64,000 bases of DNA. Origin: an uncultured Acetobacteraceae bacterium. GTDB taxonomy: Bacteria > Pseudomonadota > Alphaproteobacteria > Acetobacterales > Acetobacteraceae. Below are positions 27,679 through 36,662 of the stretch, piece after piece (within the stretch, counting starts at the first letter, position 1; each line of letters starts with the position of its first letter). Under the pieces are notes generated by a model. That model saw nothing but the letters and a program-made list of their open reading frames with translations, was not told the origin of the DNA and ran no database searches. Where the stretch lies: assembly GCA_964242595.1 (NCBI GenBank), contig CAXTBC010000005.1, positions 14,126 to 78,125 of the forward strand, given 5' to 3'. The position numbers and the translations under genes were made by a program.

Positions 27679-28692
27679 TCAACCGAACACTCGCCCTCGC
27701 ACCGACACGCCCGCGCCGATCCTGGCCTGCACCGCGTCGTAGACTATCATGTCCTCGGCGATCAGCGCCTCGACCAGCGCGCGGTTTGCGGCGCCGGCCG
27801 TCTTCGGCGTGAACTGCCTGGCGGCGGGCCGTGTGCGCGACGCCGCCAGCAGCCCGAACCGCTGGCGCAGCCAGGCCGGCGTGTGCGCCTCGTCGGTCAC
27901 CTCGATGTCGGTGTGCACCATGGTTTCCAGCGCCGAGGTCGCGGTGCCGCGGCCCAGCGCGTGGCATAGCGGGTTCGGCGTGGCAGCACGCAGGTAGTGG
28001 CCGGCCAGCGCCGCGCGGTCGCCCGACGCGGCGCTGGCGCCGCCCGTTAAAGCTTCCGTGTCGGCCGTCGAGACGACTTCCGCGCCGTCCGGCACGGCCG
28101 CACCCGCCAACTGAGCGGAAACCGTCGCATAGGCGAGGTCGCGCGGGTGGCGCAGCGCGGTGAACACGTCGTCCTCGAAGCGCACGAGGTTGCGGTCGAG
28201 GTACCAGTGCAGCGGCGTCTCGCCCCACAGCGCGATGCTGTCGGCCAGCTCCACGCCGGCCGCGAACTGCTGGAGGTGCCGGAACAGGTCCGGTTTGGCT
28301 GTCGCCTTCGTCTCGCACAGCGCCTCGTGCAGCGCTGGCGCCCGGCGGGCGAGCGCGGCCGCCAGGCGTCCATCCGCCCATCCCGGCGATTGCACGAAGA
28401 TCAGCCGGCGCTTGTCGGGGAACGCCCCCAGCACGATCTCGCGCAGCCTGACCTGGAACTCGTTGCCGTTGAGCGCCTGCAGCGTGGCCGCGCGCGCGTT
28501 GAAGCCCGGCCCGTCCAGCGCGACCGCGGCTCCGGGTGGGCGCCCTAGCGTGTTGAAGTAGATCTGCCGGCGGGTGACTCCGGTGAAGTCGATCCGGTCC
28601 GTCAACGAAGCCAGGCCGGAGGGAGCAGAGTAGAGCGCGAACGCCAGCAGCATCTGCCTGACGTTGACGGGGGCGGGCACGACCTGGACCAT
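27679..28692 (-). CDS. Hypothetical protein: DUF4214-like N-terminus + degenerate sulfotransferase-like domain
   Basis: YFNTLGRPP...LQALNGNEFQ; LIFVQSPGWADG at the position of FVHIPKTAG; TALRHPRDLAYA resembles the 3'-PB motif. Confidence 0.6.
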   Translation of the reverse strand: MVQVVPAPVNVRQMLLAFALYSAPSGLASLTDRIDFTGVTRRQIYFNTLGRPPGAAVALDGPGFNARAATLQALNGNEFQVRLREIVLGAFPDKRRLIFVQSPGWADGRLAAALARRAPALHEALCETKATAKPDLFRHLQQFAAGVELADSIALWGETPLHWYLDRNLVRFEDDVFTALRHPRDLAYATVSAQLAGAAVPDGAEVVSTADTEALTGGASAASGDRAALAGHYLRAATPNPLCHALGRGTATSALETMVHTDIEVTDEAHTPAWLRQRFGLLAASRTRPAARQFTPKTAGAANRALVEALIAEDMIVYDAVQARIGAGVSVRGRVFG

Positions 28693-28861
28693 GGCTGTCT
28701 CATGCCATTGGCGCGCCCGTCCGGTAAGCGATCGGTGCTGCTACTCGTAAAAATTTCATAAAATTCCTCAGCCGGCCGGGGATGCCGCTCGACAAACCGC
28801 GTGGCCAGCTTATTCAGCCGCAGCAGGTGATTCACACCATCAGACTGGAACGTTCACTCAT

Positions 28862-28994
28862 CAGGAAGGCCAGGGGCTCTGCCCCTGGACCCCGCTAAGG
28901 ACAAGTCCTTAGAGGCTGTTCGTAGAAGATCCTTAATGGACGGGGGTCTGGGGCCTCGAGGCCCCAGCGGGGTTTGGGGCAGAGCCCCACGCTT
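28862..28994. repeat. Family B repeat, full
   Basis: CAGGAAGGCCAGGGGCTCTGCCCCTGGACCCCGCTAAGGACAAGTCCTTAG ... GGGGCCTCGAGGCCCCAGCGGGGTTTGGGGCAGAGCCCC. Confidence 0.92.
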
Positions 28995-29152
28995 ATCTGC
29001 AGGTCAAGCTTTCCGGGCGTTGGTATAAGGTGTCTGCTCGACACAATCCTTGATGGCCGGCGAGCACGTGTCCGTTGCGTTGCGTGTCAAACCACGCTGC
29101 TGACCCGCCAGGAAGGCCAGAGTTCTTTCGCCAGCCTTTGAGGGGCTTCACC

Positions 29153-30118
29153 ATGCGCCTGACCCTACGCCTCGCCGCCGCCCTCCTTGCCGCCGCCGTG
29201 ACGGCTCCGCTGCCCGCCGCCGCGGCGCAGTTCTGGCTGGCTGGACGCGACCCGGTAGACCAGAGCGTCAAAGGCGGCGGCCCCACGGACTACATGGACC
29301 TGTTCGCACCCGGCGCCGCGTGGACGCAGGCCGAGAGCCGGCTCTCGGTGTTCAAGGTCTCCGCCCAATTCATCCTGCGCTCGTCGGACGACACGTTGCG
29401 TGCCGTGGTGGGCAGCCTGCACCAGCATCACGTGGCCTTCGCGGTGGAGATGGGCGCGGTGCTGCGCTCGGCAGAGTGCGGCGGCGGCGAGGGCTTCGCG
29501 CCGCCCGGGCTGATCGACAGGGTGGCCGGCCGCCTGCAGCGCCTGGGGCTGGGGCTGGACGTGTGGGCCATGGACGAGCCCTTGTGGTTCGGCCACGTCA
29601 AGAGCTGGGGTCGTAACGAGTGCACCTACCCGGTGGACGTGGTGGCGCAACGCGTGGCAGCCAACGTGGCATCGATGCGGCAGCATTTTCCCGCCGTGCG
29701 GATCGGTGACATCGAGGTGGTGGCCGCCGAGCGCATCGACCCGCGCCAGTTGCTGGCCGACTACGCTGCTTTCACCGAAGATTTCGAGCGGCTGACCGGG
29801 CAGAAGCTGGCCTTCTTCCACTTCGACGTCGCCTGGCGAGGACAGGGCGCGCGCCTGGTGGCGCCGCTGAACCGAGAGTTACGCGGGCTCGGCGTGCGCA
29901 CCGGCATCATCTTCGGCGGCGGGCTCCAGGATCCCTCGGACGAAGCCTGGGTGGCGCACGGCCTGCAGACCATGCAGGACGTCGAGTCCGACCCCGCCAC
30001 CCGGCCGGACGACGTTATCGTGCAGTCCTGGCAGGATTTGCCCAGCCGCATGCTGCCCGAGACGCAGCCGGGCTCCTACACCTACATGTTGCGGGAAGCC
30101 GAAGCCTTGGCGCGATGA
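29153..30118 (+). CDS. Hypothetical exported protein (possible TIM-barrel glycan-active fold)
   Basis: Signal peptide MRLTLRLAAALLAAAV...AAA; alternating alpha/beta pattern, WAMDEP and FFHFD segments; ATGA overlap with the next gene. Confidence 0.7.
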   Translation: MRLTLRLAAALLAAAVTAPLPAAAAQFWLAGRDPVDQSVKGGGPTDYMDLFAPGAAWTQAESRLSVFKVSAQFILRSSDDTLRAVVGSLHQHHVAFAVEMGAVLRSAECGGGEGFAPPGLIDRVAGRLQRLGLGLDVWAMDEPLWFGHVKSWGRNECTYPVDVVAQRVAANVASMRQHFPAVRIGDIEVVAAERIDPRQLLADYAAFTEDFERLTGQKLAFFHFDVAWRGQGARLVAPLNRELRGLGVRTGIIFGGGLQDPSDEAWVAHGLQTMQDVESDPATRPDDVIVQSWQDLPSRMLPETQPGSYTYMLREAEALAR

Positions 30119-31302
30119 GCACGGCGCGGCTGCCGGTGGCTGCCAGGCCCGGCGGGCCCGCGGCCGACCGGATCCCGGTGCCCACGGTGCGGCTGAACGC
30201 CCACGCCACCTTCACCGAACTCTCGCCCGCCAGGCACGTCCTGCCAGCGCCACCGCGTTTCCAGTTCGGCACCTGCCCCGGCGAACTCTCCGCCTTCCTG
30301 TTCGCCCGCACGCGCCTGCAGGCCTGCGGCATCCACGTGGCGCACGGCCTGGTGGTCGGCGCCGGGCTGCTGCTGAGCGCCGGTGGCGAGCTCGTCGAGG
30401 CACCGTCGCTGAACTGGCAGAACCTGCACGTGGCCGAGGCGCTGGCGCGCCACGGCCGCCCGGACGCCGCCCCGCCGCGTCGTGTGGGTAGCCGCTGCGC
30501 GCTCATCATCACCCCCGGCTACGCCATCTACGGCCACTGGCTGGCCGACATGCTGCCCAGGCTGGGCCAGCTCGCGGCCGCCGGCTACGACCTCGACAGC
30601 CTGACCTACCTCATCCCCCACGACGTGCCGGCCTTCGGGCTGGAACTGCTGCGCCTGCTCGGCCTCGGCGAGGACCGCCTGCTGCGGCTCGAGCCGGGCG
30701 CGCCGGTGCAGCCCGACGAGCTGCTGCTGCCCACCTTTCCGCATAACGGCCGACAATTCATGGAGCCGATGGCCTACGCCGCCGGCGTGCTGCGCGCCAG
30801 GATCGAAGCGCGGCACGGTAGGCTGCAGACGGAGGGCACGCCCGCCAGCATCCTGGTCTCCCGCCGCCGCATCCCCGCCCGCCCGCTGGAGAACCGCGAC
30901 GCCTTCGAGGCGATGGCGGTGCAGCACGGCTTCACCGTGGTGCACCCGCAGACCCTGCCGGTGCTCGACCAGCTGCGCCTGTTCGCCGGTGCCCGCGAGA
31001 TCATCGGCGAGTACGGCTCCGCCCTGCACGCCAGCCTGTTCTCGCCGCCAGGCACCGTGGTGTGTGCGCTCCGCGGCATGCTGCGCCATCCGGCCCTGAT
31101 CCAGAGCGGCATCGGCGACGCGCTGGACCAGCCGACCGGCTACCTGTTCTGCCCTGCCGGCCAGTCCGGCAAGGCCAACAGCCTGGCCGTCGACCCCGAC
31201 GACCTGCGCGCCTGCTTGGACATTGTGTTCAGCCCGAAACGCCCCATGCTCGCGCCCCTGCCCGAACAGTCACGTTCCGCAGCACCGTCCAGGACGCCCT
31301 GA
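30115..31302 (+). CDS. Glycosyltransferase family 61 (DUF563)
   Basis: YGHWLADMLPRL, LVSRR...RPLEN, QLRLFAGAREIIGEYGSAL. Confidence 0.85.
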   Translation: MSTARLPVAARPGGPAADRIPVPTVRLNAHATFTELSPARHVLPAPPRFQFGTCPGELSAFLFARTRLQACGIHVAHGLVVGAGLLLSAGGELVEAPSLNWQNLHVAEALARHGRPDAAPPRRVGSRCALIITPGYAIYGHWLADMLPRLGQLAAAGYDLDSLTYLIPHDVPAFGLELLRLLGLGEDRLLRLEPGAPVQPDELLLPTFPHNGRQFMEPMAYAAGVLRARIEARHGRLQTEGTPASILVSRRRIPARPLENRDAFEAMAVQHGFTVVHPQTLPVLDQLRLFAGAREIIGEYGSALHASLFSPPGTVVCALRGMLRHPALIQSGIGDALDQPTGYLFCPAGQSGKANSLAVDPDDLRACLDIVFSPKRPMLAPLPEQSRSAAPSRTP

Positions 31303-31919
31303 TGCCGCTGTTCACCCGCCAGGACCGCTCGGTGCTCTACATTCACGTGCCGAAGACCGGCGGCACGTCGGTGGAGCACTTCCTGACCGCGAACGGCTTT
31401 GCGGCCGAGTACCTCGACGCCGGCGGCGCCGGGTCCCTCAATTCCTACCGGCGCTGCCCGCCGCAGCACATGCACGCCCAGCAGCTCATGGCGATCCTGC
31501 GTCCCTGGCGTTGCGGCTACGTGTTCGCCACCGTGCGCGAGCCGCTGGCCCGCATCGTCTCGGAGTACCGGATGCGCGCGCGCACCCAGGACGGCTTCCC
31601 GCGCCTGCCCGCCTGGGTGGACCAGAGCCTGAAGCGCTACGCCGAGGATCCCTACATTTTCGAGAACCACCTGCGGCCCCAGGTGGAGTTCATCATCCCC
31701 GGGTGCGACGTGTTCCGGCAGGAGGACGGCATCGGCGCCGGGCTTGTCGAACGGATCGAGGCGCGGCTGGACACCGTTCTGGAACGCCGGACCTTCGCCC
31801 ATGCCAGGCCACTGCGCCAAGTAACGGTGCCGCCGGAGGACGTGGACGCGGTGCGCGCCCGCGTGCGCGACGCGTATTGGCAGGACTACGCCGCCTTCTA
31901 CCCGGCCGCTGGCGGCTGA
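31302..31919 (+). CDS. Sulfotransferase (Sulfotransfer_2 type)
   Basis: 5'-PSB motif YIHVPKTGGTS; 3'-PB motif TVREPLARIVSEY; HLRPQ; TGATG coupling. Confidence 0.87.
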   Translation: MPLFTRQDRSVLYIHVPKTGGTSVEHFLTANGFAAEYLDAGGAGSLNSYRRCPPQHMHAQQLMAILRPWRCGYVFATVREPLARIVSEYRMRARTQDGFPRLPAWVDQSLKRYAEDPYIFENHLRPQVEFIIPGCDVFRQEDGIGAGLVERIEARLDTVLERRTFAHARPLRQVTVPPEDVDAVRARVRDAYWQDYAAFYPAAGG

Positions 31920-31943
31920 GCCGAGGGCAGGAGGGTCACGGCC

Positions 31944-32909
31944 GTGATACGCAGCATTCTTCGCCTGTTCCGACGCGACGGCAGAGTGGCGGTAGAGCCT
32001 GAGCCCGAAGCTGAGCGTGCGCCGGAACCGGAGCCGCAGGCCGAAGCGGCCGCTCCGCTTGCGGACGCCGGAGAGGCGTCCGACTACCTGCCGGATCGGT
32101 TCGCGCTGCTGGCGGTGATCAACAAGGTCGGCTCCGTGGAGCACTACTTCCACTTCGTGCTGGGCTACGTGGCCCCGCTCCTGCTGCGTGAGGCCGTGTC
32201 TCCGCCCGGGCTGACCTGCCTGGTCCGCTCTTGCGGCCCGCTGGACCGTATGTTTGCCGAACTCGGCCTGGCGGACATCCGGCAAGTTCCCAAGGCGGAC
32301 TGGCGCGACCGGCGCGAGAGCGGCCGCTACAAGGTCCATAGCATATACGGCCAGGACCGGCCGGAAGACTACGATCCTGTCGCCCTGGCCCGGCTGCGCG
32401 TGCTGATGCTGGAGCGCCTGGCCGTGATGCCGCCGGACCGTCCTGCGCAGGTGCTGCTCGTCAACCGCGGCCGCTCGCCGGACGCCTACCAGGCCACGGA
32501 GGTCGAAAACCCTACCTCGGCGAATTTGCGCCGGTCGGTGCCCAACATGGCCGAGGTCGCCGCGGCACTGACGCAGGCCGGCACCGCGTGCCGGCTGGTG
32601 GAGCTGGAGGAGACCACGTTGCGCGCGCAGGTTGTGCTGTTCGCCGCCACATCCACGCTGGTGGCCCAGCACGGTGCCGCCCTGGTGAACATGGTGTGGA
32701 TGGCGCCCGGCGGGCTGGTCGTGGAGATCCTGCCGGAGGTTGGGCGCGCAGCACGCATCTTCCCCATGCTGGCGGCGGCGTGCGGGCATCGCTACGTCAG
32801 CGTGGCGCAACGCAACCTACACGCGCCTGCCGATGTTGCGGCTGTGGTGGACGCGGTTGGACCTGCAGGCAAGCATGGGGCTCTGCCCCAAACCCCGCTG
32901 GGGCCTTGA
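31944..32909 (+). CDS. Glycosyltransferase family 61 (DUF563); last codons and stop lie in a family B repeat
   Basis: YFHFVLGY, RRSVPN, QVVLFAATSTLVAQHGAALVN, VVEILP; C-terminus [12 protein letters not shown] is repeat-encoded. Confidence 0.82.
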   Translation: MIRSILRLFRRDGRVAVEPEPEAERAPEPEPQAEAAAPLADAGEASDYLPDRFALLAVINKVGSVEHYFHFVLGYVAPLLLREAVSPPGLTCLVRSCGPLDRMFAELGLADIRQVPKADWRDRRESGRYKVHSIYGQDRPEDYDPVALARLRVLMLERLAVMPPDRPAQVLLVNRGRSPDAYQATEVENPTSANLRRSVPNMAEVAAALTQAGTACRLVELEETTLRAQVVLFAATSTLVAQHGAALVNMVWMAPGGLVVEILPEVGRAARIFPMLAAACGHRYVSVAQRNLHAPADVAAVVDAVGPAGKHGALPQTPLGP

Positions 32910-32981
32910 GGCCCCAGACCCCCCATCTGTTAGGCCTCTCTTATGAACGGCTTTTGAGGACTTGTCCTTAGCGGGGTCCAG
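32867..32981. repeat. Family B repeat, type-2 end truncated; overlaps the 3' end of the GT61 gene
   Basis: AGGCAAGCATGGGGCTCTGCCCCAAACCCCGCTGGGGCCTTGAGGCCCCAGACCCC ... GAGGACTTGTCCTTAGCGGGGTCCAG. Confidence 0.9.
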
Positions 32982-33117
32982 TTTACCAGCAGGGACTCCG
33001 CTTCGGCCGCGTTCATGCGCATGGGTCCGTCGACACAGTTTGAAAAGACCTGTTGCAACGGCTGAAACAGCCGGCACCCATACTCTCCTTGTCACCGAGT
33101 TGAACAAGGAGGTTTCC

Positions 33118-33417
33118 ATGGTCGATCTGAAGAGGTTCATCCTGGGCGGCATGGTCATCGCGGCGTTGGCCGTGCCGCTTCTGGCACCCGCGCCGGCGCA
33201 GGCCTGGTACGCGCACCCTGGCTACGGCTGGCATGGCGGCTACGGCTGGCACGGTGGCTGGGGTTGGCATGGCGGCTGGGGCCTGCGCGGCGGAGTGGTC
33301 GTCGGTGGCCCGGTGGTCGTCGGTCCGCGGGTGGCCTACGCTGCGCCATACCGCTTCATCCCCGGCCACTACACGCCCTACGGCGCTTTCGTGGCGCCGC
33401 ACTGGGGTTACTACTGA
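33118..33417 (+). CDS. Small exported Gly/Trp/His/Tyr-rich protein
   Basis: AAGGAGG RBS; signal peptide ...APAQA; G(Y/W)GWHG tandem repeats. Confidence 0.8.
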   Translation: MVDLKRFILGGMVIAALAVPLLAPAPAQAWYAHPGYGWHGGYGWHGGWGWHGGWGLRGGVVVGGPVVVGPRVAYAAPYRFIPGHYTPYGAFVAPHWGYY

Positions 33418-33472
33418 CTCGGAGGGCTTGGCAGCCGAGTCGGCTAAACAGACCCAAACCCTGCCGGCTCCG

Positions 33473-34333
33473 TCAGGCCGTCCCACCCTCGGGATTGCCG
33501 AATAGCTGGGTGAGGCTCACCTGGCCGCTGCCCGGCCGCAACGCTTGCGGCTGGGAAGCGGCGGGTGCCCACCCGGTCAGCATGGCCAGGCGCAGCCGGA
33601 CGGTACTGCGTCCGTCGCGTACGGGAAGGCCGGCCAACGCGGCCGCCATCAGGTTGCGCGGTGGTGTGCGCCTGTCGCGCATCGCCACGGCGTTGGTCTC
33701 GCCGGCGGCCCGCAGGTCGCGCGGCAGGTCGAGCGGGTCGGCGTAGAGCAGCTCGATCTCGTCGGCATCGGCCACCGGCAGGGCGAAGCCGGCGCGCTGT
33801 AGCAGCGCCGCGCAATCCCGCAAGTCAGGGAATGGGGAGATGCGCGGCGCCGCACCCCCCGTCAGCAGCGACTCCGTCTGCGTGAGCGCGGCGCGCCAAG
33901 CATCCAACGTGCCCAAAGCCGGCAGGCTGGCCAGCAGCAGCCCGTCCGGCCGCAACGCCAAGCGGAGCTGGATCAGCGCGCCCGGTAAGTCGTTCACCCA
34001 GTGCAGCGCGAGGTTGGCCACCACCAAGTCGAACGCGCCGTGGGCGAAGGGCAGGGCCTCCTCGTCGCCGGCCACCGCCGGGCCGCCGCAGAGCGCGGCC
34101 ATGCGGGGCGATAGGTCCAGGCTGACGCAGCCGATGCCGCGGGCGCGCAGCTTCGGCGCCACCACGCCCCGCCCGCCCACATCCAGCGCCTGGGTGAAGC
34201 GGTGCGTGGTGTCGTCCAGCCGATCCAGCAGCCGGTCTGCCACCTCGGCCAGGATCGGCTGCACGCGAGCGACCAGGGGGGCGGCGCGCGCCCTGTGCAG
34301 GCGTACGGCGCGGCGGTCGAAGATGTCGATCAT
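33473..34333 (-). CDS. SAM-dependent methyltransferase (BioC/NDUFAF5-like)
   Basis: IFDRRAV, GDEEALPF, LALHWVNDLPGAL, PRISPF, LLQRAGFALPVAD; divergent from comF. Confidence 0.88.
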   Translation of the reverse strand: MIDIFDRRAVRLHRARAAPLVARVQPILAEVADRLLDRLDDTTHRFTQALDVGGRGVVAPKLRARGIGCVSLDLSPRMAALCGGPAVAGDEEALPFAHGAFDLVVANLALHWVNDLPGALIQLRLALRPDGLLLASLPALGTLDAWRAALTQTESLLTGGAAPRISPFPDLRDCAALLQRAGFALPVADADEIELLYADPLDLPRDLRAAGETNAVAMRDRRTPPRNLMAAALAGLPVRDGRSTVRLRLAMLTGWAPAASQPQALRPGSGQVSLTQLFGNPEGGTA

Positions 34334-34336
34334 GAA

Positions 34337-34469
34337 GGTAGCAAGCAGTTCTTTTTCGGGAAAAAGAACCAGAAAGCTTTTGCTTCCTGTCGGGTGTTGC
34401 AGAGGTATGCGCGCCCAGTGAGTAAAAGTTTTTTGCTTCTTTTTTTCAAAAAAGAAGTCCTTCCTTGCT
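34337..34469. repeat. Family A repeat, full; occupies almost the whole divergent intergenic region
   Basis: GCAAGCAGTTCTTTTTCGGGAAAAAGAACC ... AAAAGTTTTTTGCTTCTTTTTTTCAAAAAAGAAGTCCTTCCTTGC. Confidence 0.92.
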
Positions 34470-34474
34470 CCTTG

Positions 34475-35227
34475 ATGCTCACCGCCATCCTCGACACCCT
34501 GCTCCCTCCAACCTGCGCCGCCTGCGACGAGCCGGTCACCGCGCCCGGCCAGCTTTGCGGCGCCTGTTTCGGCGGCCTCAGCTTCATCACCGCCCCGCTC
34601 TGCCATAGCTGCGGCCTGCCGGCCGCCGTGCAAGGCGCCCCAGCCTGCCCCACCTGCCACTCCGCCCCGCCGCCCTGGGGCGCCGCGCGCGCGGCGATGC
34701 TGTACGACGCAGCCTCGCAGCGCCTGGTGCTGCCGTTCAAGCACGCCGACCGCACAGAGCTGGCCACAGCCCTGGCGCTACACATGCAGCGTGCCGGGGC
34801 CGTCCTGCTGGCGCGTGCGGACCTGCTGGTGCCGGTGCCGCTGCACCGCTGGCGGCTGCTGCACCGTCGCTACAACCAGGCGGCCCTGCTGGCGCGCGCA
34901 CTCGCCCGGCGCACCGGCCGGCCGACGCTGCCCGACGCGCTGCGCCGCACCCGCGTCACCCAGTCCTTGCGCAACCTGCCCGCTGCACGGCGCGCCAGCT
35001 TGCTGATGGGTGCGGTGACGGTGCGGCCCGGCCGCGCCGCCGCCATCGCCGGCCGCCGCATCCTGCTGATCGATGACGTGCTCACGTCCGGGGCCACCGC
35101 ACGCGCCTGCACGCAGGCCCTTCTTGACGCCGGGGCTGCGAGCATCGACGTGCTGGTAGCGTGCCGTGTGGCCGACCCGCGCCACGAGACCATACCTTCA
35201 GCAGGACCAGACGATGACGACGATTGA
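34475..35227 (+). CDS. comF: ComF family protein (double zinc ribbon + phosphoribosyltransferase)
   Basis: CxxC pairs, VPVPLH..R...RRYNQA, LLIDDVLTSGAT. Confidence 0.92.
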   Translation: MLTAILDTLLPPTCAACDEPVTAPGQLCGACFGGLSFITAPLCHSCGLPAAVQGAPACPTCHSAPPPWGAARAAMLYDAASQRLVLPFKHADRTELATALALHMQRAGAVLLARADLLVPVPLHRWRLLHRRYNQAALLARALARRTGRPTLPDALRRTRVTQSLRNLPAARRASLLMGAVTVRPGRAAAIAGRRILLIDDVLTSGATARACTQALLDAGAASIDVLVACRVADPRHETIPSAGPDDDDD

Positions 35228-35468
35228 AATCTACACCCAGCCGTTCTGCCCTTACTGCGCGCGCGCGCTGAACCTGCTGACCAGGAAGGGCGTGGCCTTC
35301 AAGGAGATCGAGGCGCCGGGCGGGTCGCCGGCGCGCGAGGAAGCGCGCAACCGCTCCGGCGGCCGCACCTCGGTGCCGCAGGTTTTCATCGGCGGCGCCC
35401 ATGTTGGCGGCAGCGACGACCTGGCCGCGCTGGAGAGCGCGGGCAAGCTGGACGCCATGCTCGCCTAG
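35214..35468 (+). CDS. grxC: Glutaredoxin 3
   Basis: CPYC active site, TSVPQVFIG, GGSDDL. Confidence 0.95.
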   Translation: MTTIEIYTQPFCPYCARALNLLTRKGVAFKEIEAPGGSPAREEARNRSGGRTSVPQVFIGGAHVGGSDDLAALESAGKLDAMLA

Positions 35469-35516
35469 GCTGCACCCTGAACCTAGCCTGCCGACCGAAA
35501 GCCCGCACTCCGCACC

Positions 35517-35990
35517 ATGATCCATTACGCCCTTCGCTGCGCCGCCGGCCACGAGTTCGATGGCTGGTTCCGCGGTGCCGCCGCTTTCGAGCAGCAGTCG
35601 ACGGGCGGCCTGCTGGCGTGCCCGACATGTGCGAGCACGGCCGTGAGCCGCGGAGTGATGGCGCCGCGCGTGGCGACAGGTGCCCGGCCGCCGCAGTTGC
35701 CTCGGCCGTCGCCCGCATCCGGGCAGGACGCGCCGGTGCAGGCGGCCCGTCAGGTTTCGGAGCCCCTGCCGGACCAGGTGCGTGCCGCGTTGCAGCGTAT
35801 CCGGGCCGAGGTGGAACGGACCTGCGAGGACGTGGGATCGGGTTTCGCGCAGGCTGCCCGTGCCATGCATGACGGCACGCAAACGACGCGCCCGATCTAC
35901 GGAGAGACCACGCCAGACGAGGCGCGCAGCCTGGCCGAGGACGGGATCGAGGTCTCCCGTATCCCATGGGTGCCGCGTGCCGATGGCTAG
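35517..35990 (+). CDS. DUF1178 family protein
   Basis: MIHYALRCAAGHEFDGWF, CPTC, EDVGSGFA..AR.MH.G...RPIYGE. Confidence 0.9.
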   Translation: MIHYALRCAAGHEFDGWFRGAAAFEQQSTGGLLACPTCASTAVSRGVMAPRVATGARPPQLPRPSPASGQDAPVQAARQVSEPLPDQVRAALQRIRAEVERTCEDVGSGFAQAARAMHDGTQTTRPIYGETTPDEARSLAEDGIEVSRIPWVPRADG

Positions 35991-36423
35991 GCTGCTCGCC
36001 TTTTGGCTGGCGCTGACGGCTGGCCTGGGGCTGGCCGGGCAGGCGCACGCCCGCACGCCGGTCGGTTACTGGTTCACCGAAGACCGCGGCGGCATCGTGC
36101 AGGTGCGTCCGTGCGGCGAGATGCTGTGCGGTATCATCGTGGGCCTGCGCGACTGGCCGGCCAGCGGCCAGTTGCTCGACTGGGACGGCAAGCCGCGCTG
36201 CCACTTTTCGCTGTTGCGGCAGTTGCGCCTGCAGGATGACGGCCGCTGGCATGGCACGGTGACCAACCCGAAGGACGGCCAGACCTACAAGGCCGAGGTG
36301 TGGGTGCCCGAGGACGGCATGCTGCGACTGCGCGGCTACCTGGGCCTGCCGCTGTTCGGCTCCACCCAGCGCTGGCCGGCCGCTCCGGGCGGCGCCAAGG
36401 CGGATTGCCACTATTGGCCCTGA
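35983..36423 (+). CDS. DUF2147 family exported protein
   Basis: Signal peptide; G.W.TEDR, CGEMLCG, NPKDGQTY, LRLRGYLGLPLFG. Confidence 0.88.
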   Translation: MARLLAFWLALTAGLGLAGQAHARTPVGYWFTEDRGGIVQVRPCGEMLCGIIVGLRDWPASGQLLDWDGKPRCHFSLLRQLRLQDDGRWHGTVTNPKDGQTYKAEVWVPEDGMLRLRGYLGLPLFGSTQRWPAAPGGAKADCHYWP

Positions 36424-36435
36424 GTGTCCGTCCAA

Positions 36436-36570
36436 AGAAAGGCCAGGGCTCTGCCCCTGGACCCCGCTAAGGACAAGTCCTTAGAACCCATTCGAAAGAG
36501 GTCCTTAACGAATGGGGGTCTGGGGCCTCGAGGCCCCAGCGGGGTTTGGGGCAGAGCCCCATGCTTGCCT
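36436..36570. repeat. Family B repeat, full
   Basis: AAAGGCCAGGGCTCTGCCCCTGGACCCCGCTAAGGACAAGTCCTTAG ... GGGGCCTCGAGGCCCCAGCGGGGTTTGGGGCAGAGCCCCATGCTTGCCT. Confidence 0.92.
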
Positions 36571-36662
36571 CTGGGTCGAGGCTTCCAGCCGTCGTGGAGC
36601 ATCCCATTTCGCGCAACGCGCCCAACCTGTATCCTGCGTTGGATTAACCGCAGGAGTAGGCC

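Noticed and set aside
28602-28835. 77-aa minus ORF MNHLLRLNKLATRF... upstream of the pseudo-sulfotransferase
   Set aside because: It overlaps the 27679-28692 gene in another frame, has no clear RBS or motif, and more likely lies in a promoter region.
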